Source: Octopus sinensis | Lineage: Eukaryota | NCBI RefSeq assembly: GCF_006345805.1 | Contig: NW_021829876.1 | Span: forward strand, 1 to 37,088 | Reading direction: 5' to 3' | Length of the DNA stretch: 37,088 bases | Shown here: one piece after another, positions 1 to 10,947 of the stretch | How positions within the stretch are numbered: position 1 is the first letter of the stretch | How the letters are laid out: each line of letters starts with the position of its first letter | The notes under the pieces: model-generated | Database searches by the model: none | Told to the model about the DNA's origin: nothing | Seen by the model: only the letters and a program-made list of their open reading frames with translations | Position numbers and translations under genes: made by a program

Positions 1-845
1 ATCACAATAAGACATAGAAACGGGAAAAAGCAAAAACAAAAAACAAAAAACGGAGGAAAACGAAAAACAAATACAGGACGAGCTACACAAGGACAAAACC
101 CCCGTCATCAGGTCGCTAGAGGAGTCGGCATGTTTCGAAGGCATAACAGAACACTAATCCCATAGGCCTTCCTGCGAGAGAGATTAAAATAAAATTTCAA
201 GCAGCGGGGCACAATGAGTACGAACACAGACAAGACGTAACAATAAGACTGCAAAATTAAATACATGTACAAAAAACAAAAACAAGAGGACGACGAAAAA
301 GCCCTTTTTTCTGGCATAGACAAACAATAAAACTGCAAAAATAAAAATACATGTACAAAAAGTACAATTAGTTACAAAACGAGAAAATAACAAGAATACT
401 ATACAGGAAATCAACCACACAAGGGGACGAACGAAGAAGCTTTTGCTGGCAGGAGGACGAAAGTGTAGTAGCAGCGCGTGGAGGCAGTCTTTCAATAGTG
501 GGGAACCACGTGTTAAGGAATTTTGTTTTATAGGCAAGGAAGAGGGAAGGAGGAGGGGGACACGCGGCGAAGAGAGAGGAGGAGGGGGAGGGGGAGAAGA
601 TTGAAGAGGTAAAGCAAAGGGAGAGAGTACCGCTCTTCAATATAATAATATAAATATAAAAAAGGGGACCAAGAATTGATCGAAACGACGAATCGGAACG
701 AACCTGATGCGGGGCGCTGTCAGACAATAAGGAGATAAATAAAAATATATGATACATACAAACATATATGTACGTACCTACATCTAATGTATATATACAT
801 GCATATATCAAAATTATACGGGAGTACAGGACATCACAAAAGACA
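1..845 (-). mobile_element. Dispersed retroelement-like repeat fragment (probably a PLE/non-LTR terminal region)
   Basis: 735-845 matches 13280-13385 in reverse complement. The minus strand carries a GAAGGC/GCCTTC stem followed by GAAACATG, a hammerhead-like relic with a decayed core. No protein homology recognised. Confidence 0.35.
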
Positions 846-1010
846 TATATATATATATATATACAACTTATAAATAAGAGCAAATGAAAAAATTTTCTAA
901 TGCAAATATGCCGAAACTAGACACATTGTCCATAACCATATAATTCATCACTATAAGTGCGTGTCTCGAAGACAGCCGATAGAAATTTCTAAAAAATTCC
1001 GTTATTAACA

Positions 1011-1064
1011 TATCGGACCCGATTTCAGAGTTAGTTCATAAGAAGCTTCCCTTCGTCAGTGATA
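1011..1064 (-). ncRNA. Minimal type I hammerhead ribozyme motif (PLE-type)
   Basis: Minus strand reads TATCA-CTGACGA-AGGG..CTCT-GAAA-TCGG-GTC-CGATA. The CUGANGA/GAAA/UH core is complete, stem II is AGGG/CTCT, and stem I is TATC/GATA with one core-adjacent mismatch. Confidence 0.6.
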
Positions 1065-1317
1065 AATGCAGCAAAGGAATAAATGAAATACTTACTCATA
1101 CCCTTGGAAGAAGCAAACACTAAGTCATGAGCACAACTAAGTACCCAAAATGTATCCACAATAGAAATTCTCCAGCGCATACGAGACACGTGCGATTCGA
1201 ACTAAAAACTTAAACTTTAAAGGTATTTTTTAATATGCTGGCCATTGATAAAATTTTTTTCGAAAGATCTTATGCTATATTATATATATATATGTGTGTG
1301 TGTATATGTGTGTGTGT

Positions 1318-1404
1318 GAGCGTCAATAATACTTTAATTGTTCCACGTCCTGCGTTGCTGTGTTTTTTCTCTTTTTTTCTCTTTTCTGTGTTTTCTTGTT
1401 TGGA

Positions 1405-1410
<6 letters not shown>
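1318..1410 (-). repeat. Partial copy of the PLE-associated repeat also at 17985-18190
   Basis: Near-identical in reverse complement to about 17985-18065 (TTAATCCAAA..ACACAGCAACGC..GACGTGGAACAA..GACGCTCA). Confidence 0.75.
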
Positions 1411-1443
<33 letters not shown>

Positions 1444-1476
1444 TATATAATATAATATATATATATATATATATAT

Positions 1477-2655
1477 ATAAAACTTAGATAAAACTTAGAT
1501 ATGTTCGACCAGAGATTGGTCCAGGCCATGTCTAATTAATAGCACCACCTGATAGGATATTCGAATCCTGTTTAAGTCAAGTTTGTTCAAGTAGTGAGTT
1601 CTTGTGGGTGAGTTGTATCCAATTATGGGTGGCTTATCTGGTATTCTTTGAAGGAATCTATCCAGACTCTGTTTGAAGTTGATGGGATCTTTTCCTCTTG
1701 ATCTCCCTCGGACAATATTAATAGGGCAGGGCCTGTTGAGGAAAAGAAATTATGTTGCAGTGTACATGTATGTGTGATCTTGAATTTGGCAGGGGACGTA
1801 TAGCCCGTGGTCCAAGTCTCGGATGAACCTGAAGCTAATGTTAGGTCGTTTGGGCAAAGTTGGCGGTATATTTTCCACATCGTACAAATGATGTACCGCT
1901 CACGGCGACGCTGGAGGGAGTAAAGTTTCAAGGCTTTAAGGCGATCCCAATAGTCGAGAGCAGCCATGCCTTCAATTTGTTTAGTGAGAGCCCTCTTGGG
2001 GTGACTCAATTCTGGAGATGTTTTGTCTTGTGTGAGGAGGAGACCACAGTGGGCAGCAGTATTCAAGGTGTGGCCGTACAAAGGATGAAAAAAGTGGTAT
2101 GATGACACCTTTTTCTCTGGACCGGAAAGTTCTTAAGATCCAGGAACTCATCCTACGAGCTGTATCGACCTTCTGTTGAAGTGTGCACTCCAACTGAGAT
2201 CGTCATCAACCAATTACACCCAGGTCTCTGATATTGTTAGAGGCTGTGAGCGGTTCCCCTGAAGGAAGAGAGTATGGTTGTTTTAGTGAGGAATTTCTTC
2301 CAAAATGCATCAGCTCAAATTTTTCCTCATTCAGTTGCATTTTGTTTCTGTCTGCCCATTGACTCACAGCATATAGATCAGACTGGAGTTGAGCTCGGTC
2401 TGCTTCTTCATTGACGATTTGCTGGAGCTTAGTGTCATCAGCGAATATTTTCATTTTGCAGTGATGTACGACACTGGAAAGGTCGTTTACATAAATTATG
2501 AAGAGTAGCGGACCCAAAACAGTTCCCTGGGGAACACCGCTGGTGACTTTTGCTGGGTTTGAGTGGACTCCATCAACTACAACATGTTGTGTTCTATTCG
2601 CTAAGAAATACTGAATCCAGTGTAGAACTTTTCCACGGATTCCAACATTTGCCAA
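1477..2655 (-). mobile_element. 5'-truncated CR1-clade LINE: frameshifted reverse transcriptase C-terminal half plus 3' tail
   Basis: ORF pieces contain GIRGKVLHWI..SGVPQGTVLGPLLFIIYVNDL, FADDTK, RDLGVI, VRPHLEYCCPLWSP and LKLYSLQRRRERY, all typical CR1 RT/C-terminal motifs. The 3' end carries a tandem (ATCTAAGTTTT)2 tail. Confidence 0.93.
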
Positions 2656-2738
2656 TTTTATATATATATATGTGTGTGTGGTGTATATATATATGTATAT
2701 ATATATGTGTGTGTGTGTGTGTGCATATGTATATATAT

Positions 2739-3144
2739 ATAATACAAATAAGAAAGTGGAGGAACAAATTCATTTCGATCATCAACTTACAGATATTACA
2801 ATTTCATATTATTTATTAATTATATAAATAGGAACTTGAAAATCGTTATAATGTACATTAGATTTCACAGTGTTTACATTCCTATTGTATGGATATTAAA
2901 GTATATATCCGCAAAATCAAATAAATTTATGAGCAATTTAAGGTGGATTACCTCTTGACCATAGGCTGAAACAGCTGTAAAGAGCAGTTTATTTGCATTA
3001 TTTTATTAATTTGCATATTGTTGTATATTGTTTTGTTCGATTTTCATGTTCCTATTTATATAATTAATAAATAATATGAAATTGTAATTTCCGTAAGTTG
3101 ATGATCGAAATGAATTTGTTCCTCCATTTTCTTATTTGTATTAT
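2739..3144. repeat. Long inverted repeat (about 107-bp arms 2739-2845 / 3038-3144), PLE-like terminal structure
   Basis: The arms are reverse complements with few mismatches. The spacer holds a decayed hammerhead-like CTCTTGA..GAAACAGCTGTA. Confidence 0.8.
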
Positions 3145-3519
3145 GAATTTGAGGTAAAATATTTTACCTTCACCCATCCAATACAATAAATGAATTAATT
3201 GCATTGCAATTATAAGCATTTATGTATTTGGCATTTGGGTGCTTCACCAGCAATATATTGGATAACTGATATCCCATAGTGGGTTACCCTCATAACCCCT
3301 ATCTTACTTTGTACTATATATATATACACACACTCACACACACACACATACACACACACAGAGGAATGAAAAAGAAACAAAACAATAAACTGAACAATTA
3401 AATAATTTAATCATTGAATGAATCGTTTTAACTTTCGAATGATGTCACTAGGCGAGCAGACCAACACTGATTGGAAAGCTAGTCTATCGTAGGGTAAGAC
3501 ATTTTACGGCCAAGTGGAT

Positions 3520-3632
3520 TGGAGACAGGTAAAATGAAGCGATTTACTAAAAAAAACAACTCGTGAATCGGTCCAGGAATCGAACTCAGGATCTAGCGAT
3601 CATGAATGCAACGCTGTAAGCTCCAGGACACA
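3520..3632 (-). mobile_element. Degenerate tRNA-derived SINE head
   Basis: Minus strand has a B-box-like GAGTTCGATTCC and a tRNA-like 5' region, similar to 34375-34460. Confidence 0.55.
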
Positions 3633-3644
3633 CACATTCGCATA

Positions 3645-4039
3645 TCTCTCTATGTATAAATCTGAAGTTGTCTGTGTATGGCAGGTTTGGTAGCCGTCAA
3701 CTAACACTATCTCCTCTGAGACCCTGCGGCGCAAGTTGTCCAAAATTGAGAGTATGATAAAAAAAAAGGCCTGCTCCTCCTTCCGTAGAAGAAAAAATTA
3801 TTTACATCAAAAACACCAAAAATTATTTACATCTTTTGATGTAGGCGCTTTTTTTCTATGAAAATCCCTATTTTTTACGATTTTTTCACTGCTGTGTCGC
3901 CATTTTTCGGTGTATTTCAACCAGAAAAATGTTCACTTAAAAAGAATAACAAGCTACATAATGCAAAATTTTTACTTTTGAAAAATTCCAATTCTAAAGG
4001 GTCAGAACGAACCCGAGCAACGCCGGGCGATACTGCTAG
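3645..4039 (+). mobile_element. Non-autonomous Helitron, copy 1
   Basis: Starts A|TC and ends CTAG|T, with a subterminal hairpin CCCGAGCAACGCCGGG about 10 nt before the end. No TSD. A second copy lies at 14303-14687. Confidence 0.8.
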
Positions 4040-4051
4040 TTAAATGATATA

Positions 4052-4305
4052 CAGTAATCACTCGACAATCGCGGGTGTTACGTTCCAAAACACCACGCGA
4101 CAGGTGAAAATCCGTGAAGAAGAATCAGTACTCTACTGTAATATTTTATTTTTTGTTACTCTTATAATTTGTATATATTTATTTTATTATAAACGCAAAA
4201 CAACACCACAGAAGAATTGACGTAAGCTTAAATAATAAACTGTGATAAGTAAATCGCGATAGGTGAACCGCGATAGGTGAACCGCAATATGGCGAGGGGT
4301 TACTG
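4052..4305. mobile_element. Tigger/pogo-like MITE (Tc1/mariner superfamily)
   Basis: TA target duplication (4050-51, 4306-07), imperfect TIRs CAGTAATCACTCG / CAGTAACCCCTCG, and subterminal CGCGATAGGTGAAC repeats. Confidence 0.8.
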
Positions 4306-4384
4306 TAGTTCGTTAAAGTTTCCCCTGTTGGCTGAGTAACCCTTCGTCCATTTTCCTTTCATTGCAGGACAATTAAGAGTTCCA

Positions 4385-4570
4385 AGAAGTACCTTATCGT
4401 CATTGGGTTCGTGTCGAATGAGTGGTGCAGGAGTTGTCCGACATTCAATGACAGCTACAGAGAGTTTACGGAGATGACACCATTGGCAGGCGTCATGTGT
4501 AGAGTTGGAGGAAGTTTAAAAAATCGGAAACCGGGCATTGTATAGAAACTACGCAGAATGAGAACATCAA
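4385..4570 (+). pseudogene. Mariner transposase N-terminal HTH relic
   Basis: Manual translation across stops and frameshifts gives IVIGF..DIQ*QLQRVYGDDTIGRRHV*SW..KFK, matching the mariner HTH pattern. Confidence 0.6.
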
Positions 4571-4736
4571 GCCATTCGTATATGCGTGTGTGTGGATGTG
4601 TGGGTGTTCAGGTGTGCGTGAGTGTGTGCAAGTGTGTGTGTGGTGTGTGTGTGTGTGTGTGTGTGTGTGAGTTTGCGTTTGTATGTGCATGTATTTATGA
4701 GGGCAAGTATGGGCTTATACGTATGTTTGGATATAT

Positions 4737-4783
4737 AGATAGATAGATAGATAGATAGATAAATGGATAGATAGATAGATAGT

Positions 4784-4835
<52 letters not shown>

Positions 4836-4886
4836 CATAGACAGACAGACAGACAGACAGATAGATAGACAGACAGACAGACAGAG

Positions 4887-4957
<71 letters not shown>

Positions 4958-4976
4958 CATAGACAGACAGACAGAC

Positions 4977-5035
<59 letters not shown>

Positions 5036-5054
5036 CATAGACAGACAGACAGAC

Positions 5055-5125
<71 letters not shown>

Positions 5126-5155
5126 CACATAGACAGACAGGACAGACAGATAGAT

Positions 5156-5204
<49 letters not shown>

Positions 5205-5234
5205 TAGATATAGATAGAGATATAGATAGATATA

Positions 5235-5284
<50 letters not shown>

Positions 5285-5322
5285 GATAGATGACATAGAC
5301 AGACAGACAGACAGATAGATAA

Positions 5323-5382
<60 letters not shown>

Positions 5383-5441
5383 ACAGACAGACAGTGACAG
5401 AAAACAAATAGATAGACAGAGAGAGATAGAGATAGAGATAG

Positions 5442-5477
<36 letters not shown>

Positions 5478-5485
5478 AGGGAGAG
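4737..5485. repeat. (GATA)n/(GACA)n compound microsatellite with higher-order blocks
   Basis: Directly visible; GACATAGACAGACAGACAGACA inserts recur. Confidence 0.97.
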
Positions 5486-5743
5486 ACTGGCCGCCTACAA
5501 CTTAGATATATTTAGAGTAAATATTTGTGATTCCTTATTTAGTAACTAAATTGTTTCCTCTTCGCGTGCAAATTCAAAAACACGCATACAACATATATAT
5601 ATATATATATGTGTGTGTGTTGTGTGGTGTGTGTGTGTGGTGTGTGTGTTGTGTGTGAGAGAGAGAGAGAGAGTGTTTGTGTGTGCTTGTGTGTGTCGGT
5701 GTGTGTCTTTACATAGTACATGTATATATATATATATATCTAG

Positions 5744-5777
<34 letters not shown>

Positions 5778-6102
5778 ATATTTACATACACGTGTGTATA
5801 TGCACATATGTTCATAAATGCATACATATGAAGATATGCATGTATGTGTGTAGATACATATGTATATAGCAATGCAAAGTATGCATTATTATGTAATCCG
5901 GTCTGTTAAGAGTTTAGAAGTGTTAAGGGAGTGTGTACCATTTGTGTTGTTGATGGCTTAATTGAAGCCATGTTTAATGTCATCGCAACTATCTCTTTCT
6001 ATATAAACGGATATGTCAGCATGTCACACGCGGACATTCACAACCATAAAAGCAAGAAGGAAAAGAATAAAAATGTAAATAAGGATAATAAATTTAATCA
6101 TA

Positions 6103-6256
6103 ATCCTTTCTACTACAGGCACAAAGGGGCCTACTCGATTAGATAGTCCCCAGTGTTTCACTGGTACTTAATTTATGGGGCCACAAAAGGTTGAAAGGCA
6201 AAGCCGACCCTGGCGGAATTTGAAATCAGAATATAAGGAGGAACGAAATACCGCCA
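6103..6256 (-). mobile_element. Copy of the major tRNA-derived SINE (family A)
   Basis: Matches the consensus ..GAAAGGCAAAGTCGACCTCGGCGGAATTTGAACTCAGAAC.. seen many times at 22.7-26.6 kb. Confidence 0.8.
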
Positions 6257-6454
6257 TTTCTTTTATTTTTCTCTTTCGTTTTTTTTTTTACTTTATTTAT
6301 TTTTCCTTTTTTTTCTTCTTTTAAATAACATGTCTTTGTAAAGGAGCAATCTGGTGTCTTTATTTTAATGGCTTACCAATGTATACAGTGAGTTCCTTTG
6401 CCTTAGGTTTCGGGAAGACACTCGACAAGAAATGGAAGTAAAATTGTAAGAAGT

Positions 6455-6900
6455 AGAAAAAATAATAACAATAACAGCAGCAGTAACAATAAAGAATAAC
6501 AATGAATAATAATAATAAGAAGAAGAAGAACAAGAAGAAGAAGAAGACGAAGAAGAAGAGGAGGAGTAGGAGAAGAAGAAGAAGAAGAAGAAGAAGAATA
6601 GGAGGAGGAGGAGGGGGAGGAGAAGAAGAAGAAGAAGAAGAGGAGGAGGAGGAGGAGAAGAAGAAGAGGAGGAGAATGAGAAGAAGAAGAAGTGGAGGAG
6701 GAGGAGGATGAGAAGAAGAAGAACAAGAACAAGAACAAGAAGGGGAGGAGGAGGAGGATGAGAAGAAGAAGGGGAGGAGGAGGAGGAGGAGAAGAAGAAG
6801 GAGAAGAACAAGAAGAAGAAGGGGAGGAGAAGAAGAAGAAGAAGAAGAAGAAGAAGAAGAAGAAAACGAAGAAGAAGATGAAGAAGAAGAAGAAGAGGAA
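6455..6900. repeat. (AAT)n then (AAG)/(GAG)n purine-rich microsatellite tract
   Basis: About 380 bp of almost pure purine on the + strand. Confidence 0.97.
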
Positions 6901-7379
6901 CTACACCTTTGGAGGATACTGGCTGACTCTTGTCTCAAGACTTACATTATTTTGACTTAGCCTTCCTGCTTTCGAGATCGAGAAAATAGTGTACTAGCTT
7001 AGTACTGGAGTGGATACTACTGACATAACCCTTTCCTAAGAATAAATAAATAAATAAATAAACGGGAAAGCAACAGGCTGGCTTTGTGTCAAAGATTTGA
7101 AACAATTATTATCATTGCTTCATGAAAACTCAGCTTATTTTCCTGTTTTTGATGAAAAATGTGAGCCGTCCTCAGCCGGCAGACTCAGGTGGCACTTGTT
7201 TACTGGTCATGCTCTGAAGGACTTTGCGGAGAACGCTTGCAGTTCCAAGGAATGATGATTTTTGTAGGTTTTCTATGTTTACATTTGGAGAAATCTTTTA
7301 GGGGGCATGTTGACAGTTGAGTGCTGATACTTCCAATTGCACTCAACCTCTATATTGTATATACACACGAACATACATT

Positions 7380-7560
7380 GATGTTGTTATCCATAGACGT
7401 GCCACAAAACGGAAACGCAGCCAGTACACATATATTTTTCTCTCCTTGTTTTTTCTGTGTCCCTTTCTGTAGAAGAGCGTAGGCTCGAAACGTAAAAGAC
7501 TTTTACTATTCCTGAGCATTATACTAATACATCTGTTTGTTTTGTACACCCCCTGTCTTC
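7380..7560 (+). mobile_element. PLE-associated repeat with a minimal hammerhead variant at 7463-7498
   Basis: CTTT-CTGTAGA-A-GAGC-GTAG-GCTC-GAAA-CG-TA-AAAG has an A6>U core change and palindromic stem III ACGT. The layout matches 18050-18114 (-). Confidence 0.55.
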
Positions 7561-7572
7561 GTAAACTTTCCC

Positions 7573-7607
<35 letters not shown>

Positions 7608-7711
7608 ATATATATATATATATAGAGGGGGAAAGTATATATATACCGGAGTAAGCACATAAATGTGAAACAGGGTGGAAAAAAGAGTACTCAAATACCA
7701 GAGGTAGAGAA

Positions 7712-7784
7712 ATATGCTTTATTTAAAAGCAGCAGACATATAACAAAAGCTGTTATATTTCTGCTGCTTTTAAATAAAGTATAT
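7712..7784. repeat. Near-perfect palindrome/hairpin (about 29-34 bp stem, 5-nt loop)
   Basis: CTTTATTTAAAAGCAGCAGACATATAACA-AAAGC-TGTTATATTTCTGCTGCTTTTAAATAAAG, with one mismatch. Confidence 0.9.
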
Positions 7785-7791
7785 ATATATA

Positions 7792-7872
<81 letters not shown>

Positions 7873-7978
7873 TATATATATATTATGTATGTACGTATGT
7901 ATGTACGTATGTATGTATATATGCATGCATACTTTCATATATTGATGTATACACACACACATAAACACACGCTCGTAC

Positions 7979-8012
<34 letters not shown>

Positions 8013-8304
8013 ATATATATAATAGGATAGATAGATATATATACATATATATATATATATATATTTAAATATATATTATATATACATATGAATATAACAT
8101 ATATATATATATATAATATATATATATATAATATATATATATATTATATATATATATATATATATACATTATACACATATATATATATGTACACACACAG
8201 CATGTACATATATAAACACACCACACAATATTATATCTATGAATACATTCATGTGTAAACGTATTCACACACACACACACACACGTGCACACATATATAT
8301 ATAC

Positions 8305-8570
8305 GAAGTTGCGTGGCCCTAGTGTTTAGTGTGTTGCACTCACAATCGCTTGACCGTGAGTTCGGGTGGCGTTTTGTGTTCTGTTGATTTTGATCCCGTC
8401 CACTCCCCTATAAATGGGTAGCCTCACGGCGGTACAGCCTTCCAGTCAAGGGGTATGTCCGTTTGCTCGCCTGCCCAGCGGGGTGGCATCCTTCGATAGC
8501 TATAACTATGCAAAGCATTGGGGCCAGCGATGTATCACAACATCCGATAGTCTTGTGGTTCACGTCATCC
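8305..8570 (+). mobile_element. Degenerate tRNA-derived SINE
   Basis: A-box-like GTGGCCCTAGTG and B-box-like GAGTTCG; the head resembles 34375-34460. Confidence 0.55.
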
Positions 8571-9012
8571 CATTCATACATACACACACACACGCATATA
8601 CATCTACGTGTATAAGTATACCTGTGTGCGTATGTGTCGGGGGGGGGCTCGGGGAGTACGTGTGTGCTCGAGGGCACGCGCGTAATATTTCCTTTGATGT
8701 GTGGACGTAATGTAAGGAAGTGTTTCTGTGAACAACGGTTTTGGGTCAGCAGTCCATTGCACTCTCAACACCCACTGCAGTGGATGCGTCTACCCACAAC
8801 GGCGAAACGTTCGTAAGGAACAAATGGTATATACTGTACTTTATGCTTATCCTATTTTTCACACACACACACACACACACACATATTCCGAACTTTCTTC
8901 TAGGTTATCGGACACATATTCCGAACATATTCAACACATATTCCGAACTTTCTTCTAGGTTATCGGACCTTAATGTTAACGTGCTTAAATCTGTTTCCTT
9001 TGAGACTAACAA

Positions 9013-9039
9013 GTGTAGTAGTAGTAGTAGTAGTAGTAA

Positions 9040-9089
<50 letters not shown>

Positions 9090-9320
9090 ATAGTAGTAGT
9101 GGTGGTGGTGGTGGTAGTATTGATAATGGTGGTGGTGACAGCAGTAGTACTGATTGTGTTGGCGGTCATGGTAATGGTAGTAGGAGTAGTAGTTTTAGTG
9201 GTGGTGACGGTGGTGATTGTGTTGGCGGTGGTGGTGGTATCATTAGTGATGGTGGCAGTAGAAATAGTAGTAGTAGTATAGTAGTAGTAGTAGTAATAGT
9301 AGTAGTAGTAGTAGTAATGC
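9013..9320. repeat. (AGT)n/(GGT)n trinucleotide low-complexity tract
   Basis: Directly visible; accounts for ORFs 8741-9466 and 8973-9281. Confidence 0.9.
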
Positions 9321-9732
9321 TTGCAGGAGGAGTAGGACGAGGAGAAGTTATAGCAACAGCCGTAGTAGCAGTGAGTTTCTCTTGTATAACTATTTTTTTC
9401 TTTTTTTCTGGTGGGATAGGGTTTTGGTGGTTGGCAAGTTTCATGGCAGGGAGAAAACGGGAATGAGGGCAGGACAGGGTGCTTGGCAGTGGGAAGAAGT
9501 CCGTCTTATATCTATTTATTTATAATATCTATCTATTTTATTTATTTATTTATTTATCTATTTATTTATGTGTGCGTCGAACATAAAGAGCAGACAGAGT
9601 AGAGCTTATCAGCTTCCGTGCTTCGTGTGGGGTGGTGAACTCTGAGGTGACTTGTCAAAATCGATATCTGATAACAAGCGTTATGAAGGCCCTCAAGCCT
9701 ACGTGTAGCATGTAAGTATTATATATATATAG

Positions 9733-9764
<32 letters not shown>

Positions 9765-9844
9765 TATATACATATGTTATGTATATATATCATATATATA
9801 TATATATATGTATAATATATATATACATATGTATATGTATATAT

Positions 9845-9877
<33 letters not shown>

Positions 9878-9905
9878 GTATATATATATAATACATATTA
9901 TATAT

Positions 9906-9949
<44 letters not shown>

Positions 9950-9974
9950 GTATATGTATATATATACATACATA

Positions 9975-10014
<40 letters not shown>

Positions 10015-10586
10015 GTATGTATATGTTATGTAATATATTATATATACGTATGTATATGTATATATATACATACATACATATATATATATATACATATATA
10101 TATATAAATACATATATATGATATATATACATGTATGTATGTATGTATGTATGTATGTATGTATGTATTTATGTATGTATGTATGTATGTATGTATGTAT
10201 GGAGGGTAGATTAAGTGTTGTCGAGGTGAGGAGAAGGTGGTGGGGAGAATAACAAAAACTAAGAACAGCGCAGCAATAACAACAATGACGTCGGTGATAA
10301 AGGTGATTACAACATCAATCGACAGCAACAACAAATACAACAACAACAACAACAACAACAGATATTTTATATAAAAATTCAGCAGTATCGCATCGATACT
10401 GAAACTTGTATGAAAAAAACTATTAAAAATCCTTATAATTATAATTATTTTAATGCGTAAGTTCAATCCCCCCCCACTCCCATCCAGTTCTCCGTAAAAA
10501 AAAAAAAACGCGCACATTTTGTATAACCTGTCTCTGCAATGCCTTCTTCAATCGAAATCTCTCATCACCCCCGGGCTTGGAAGTAA

Positions 10587-10609
10587 ATGAAATTCATCGT
10601 CGTCATCAT

Positions 10610-10641
<32 letters not shown>

Positions 10642-10787
10642 ATTCAAGTATTTGTACCTGGAGACCTCCATTTCCAGCGACTTCGAGGGCCACCTCCCAG
10701 TGGTGTCGGGCGTCAACGAAGAGCCCTCGACTACAACAAGACGACCAAAGTTTTTTTTTTCCAAGGTCTGGGGTCTCCCGCCCTTAA
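10587..10787 (+). CDS. Candidate 66-aa small ORF (paralog of 21148-21330)
   Basis: ATG start; stop at the same aligned position as the paralog (CCT TAA vs CCC TAG). The hydrophobic N-terminus comes from a (CAT)n repeat. No known homology. Confidence 0.2.
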
Positions 10788-10840
10788 GCCCTAGACCATC
10801 ACCTAATCACCCTTACCCGTCTTGTTGCTTAACAACAACA
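10645..10840 (+). other. Conserved 196-nt cassette, copy 1 (function unknown: small ORF, exon or structured RNA)
   Basis: Ungapped match to 21095-21290 (-) with 8 substitutions. T10 at 10751-60, hairpin 10765-10797, outer stem 10734-43/10818-27. Confidence 0.85.
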
Positions 10841-10947
10841 ACAACAACAAAAAAAACAGCAGCAACAGCATCCCATCGCGCACTGGCTCGTAGGAGCAAT
10901 TCCTGCGGAAACCAAATCCTCTGATGGGCATCTCTTTGGAGACTGGG

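Noticed and set aside
4715-5407. 230-aa IYLS-repeat ORF and the many YI/HT/CMYV ORFs throughout the window
   Set aside because: Translations of (GATA)n, (TA)n, (CA)n and (TATG)n microsatellites, which lack stops by construction.
8741-9466. 241-aa Ser/Gly-rich ORF with apparent transmembrane segments
   Set aside because: Built from (AGT)/(GGT) repeats, begins at a non-ATG codon in repeat-like sequence and crosses a (CA)n tract; no domain recognised.
10745-10800. Cassette as a spliceosomal snRNA (Sm site plus 3' hairpin) or telomerase RNA
   Set aside because: The U-run is not flanked as RAU4-6GR, there is no resemblance to U1/U2/U4/U5/U7 as I know them, and CCTAATCACCCTTACCC is not a clean CCCTAA template.
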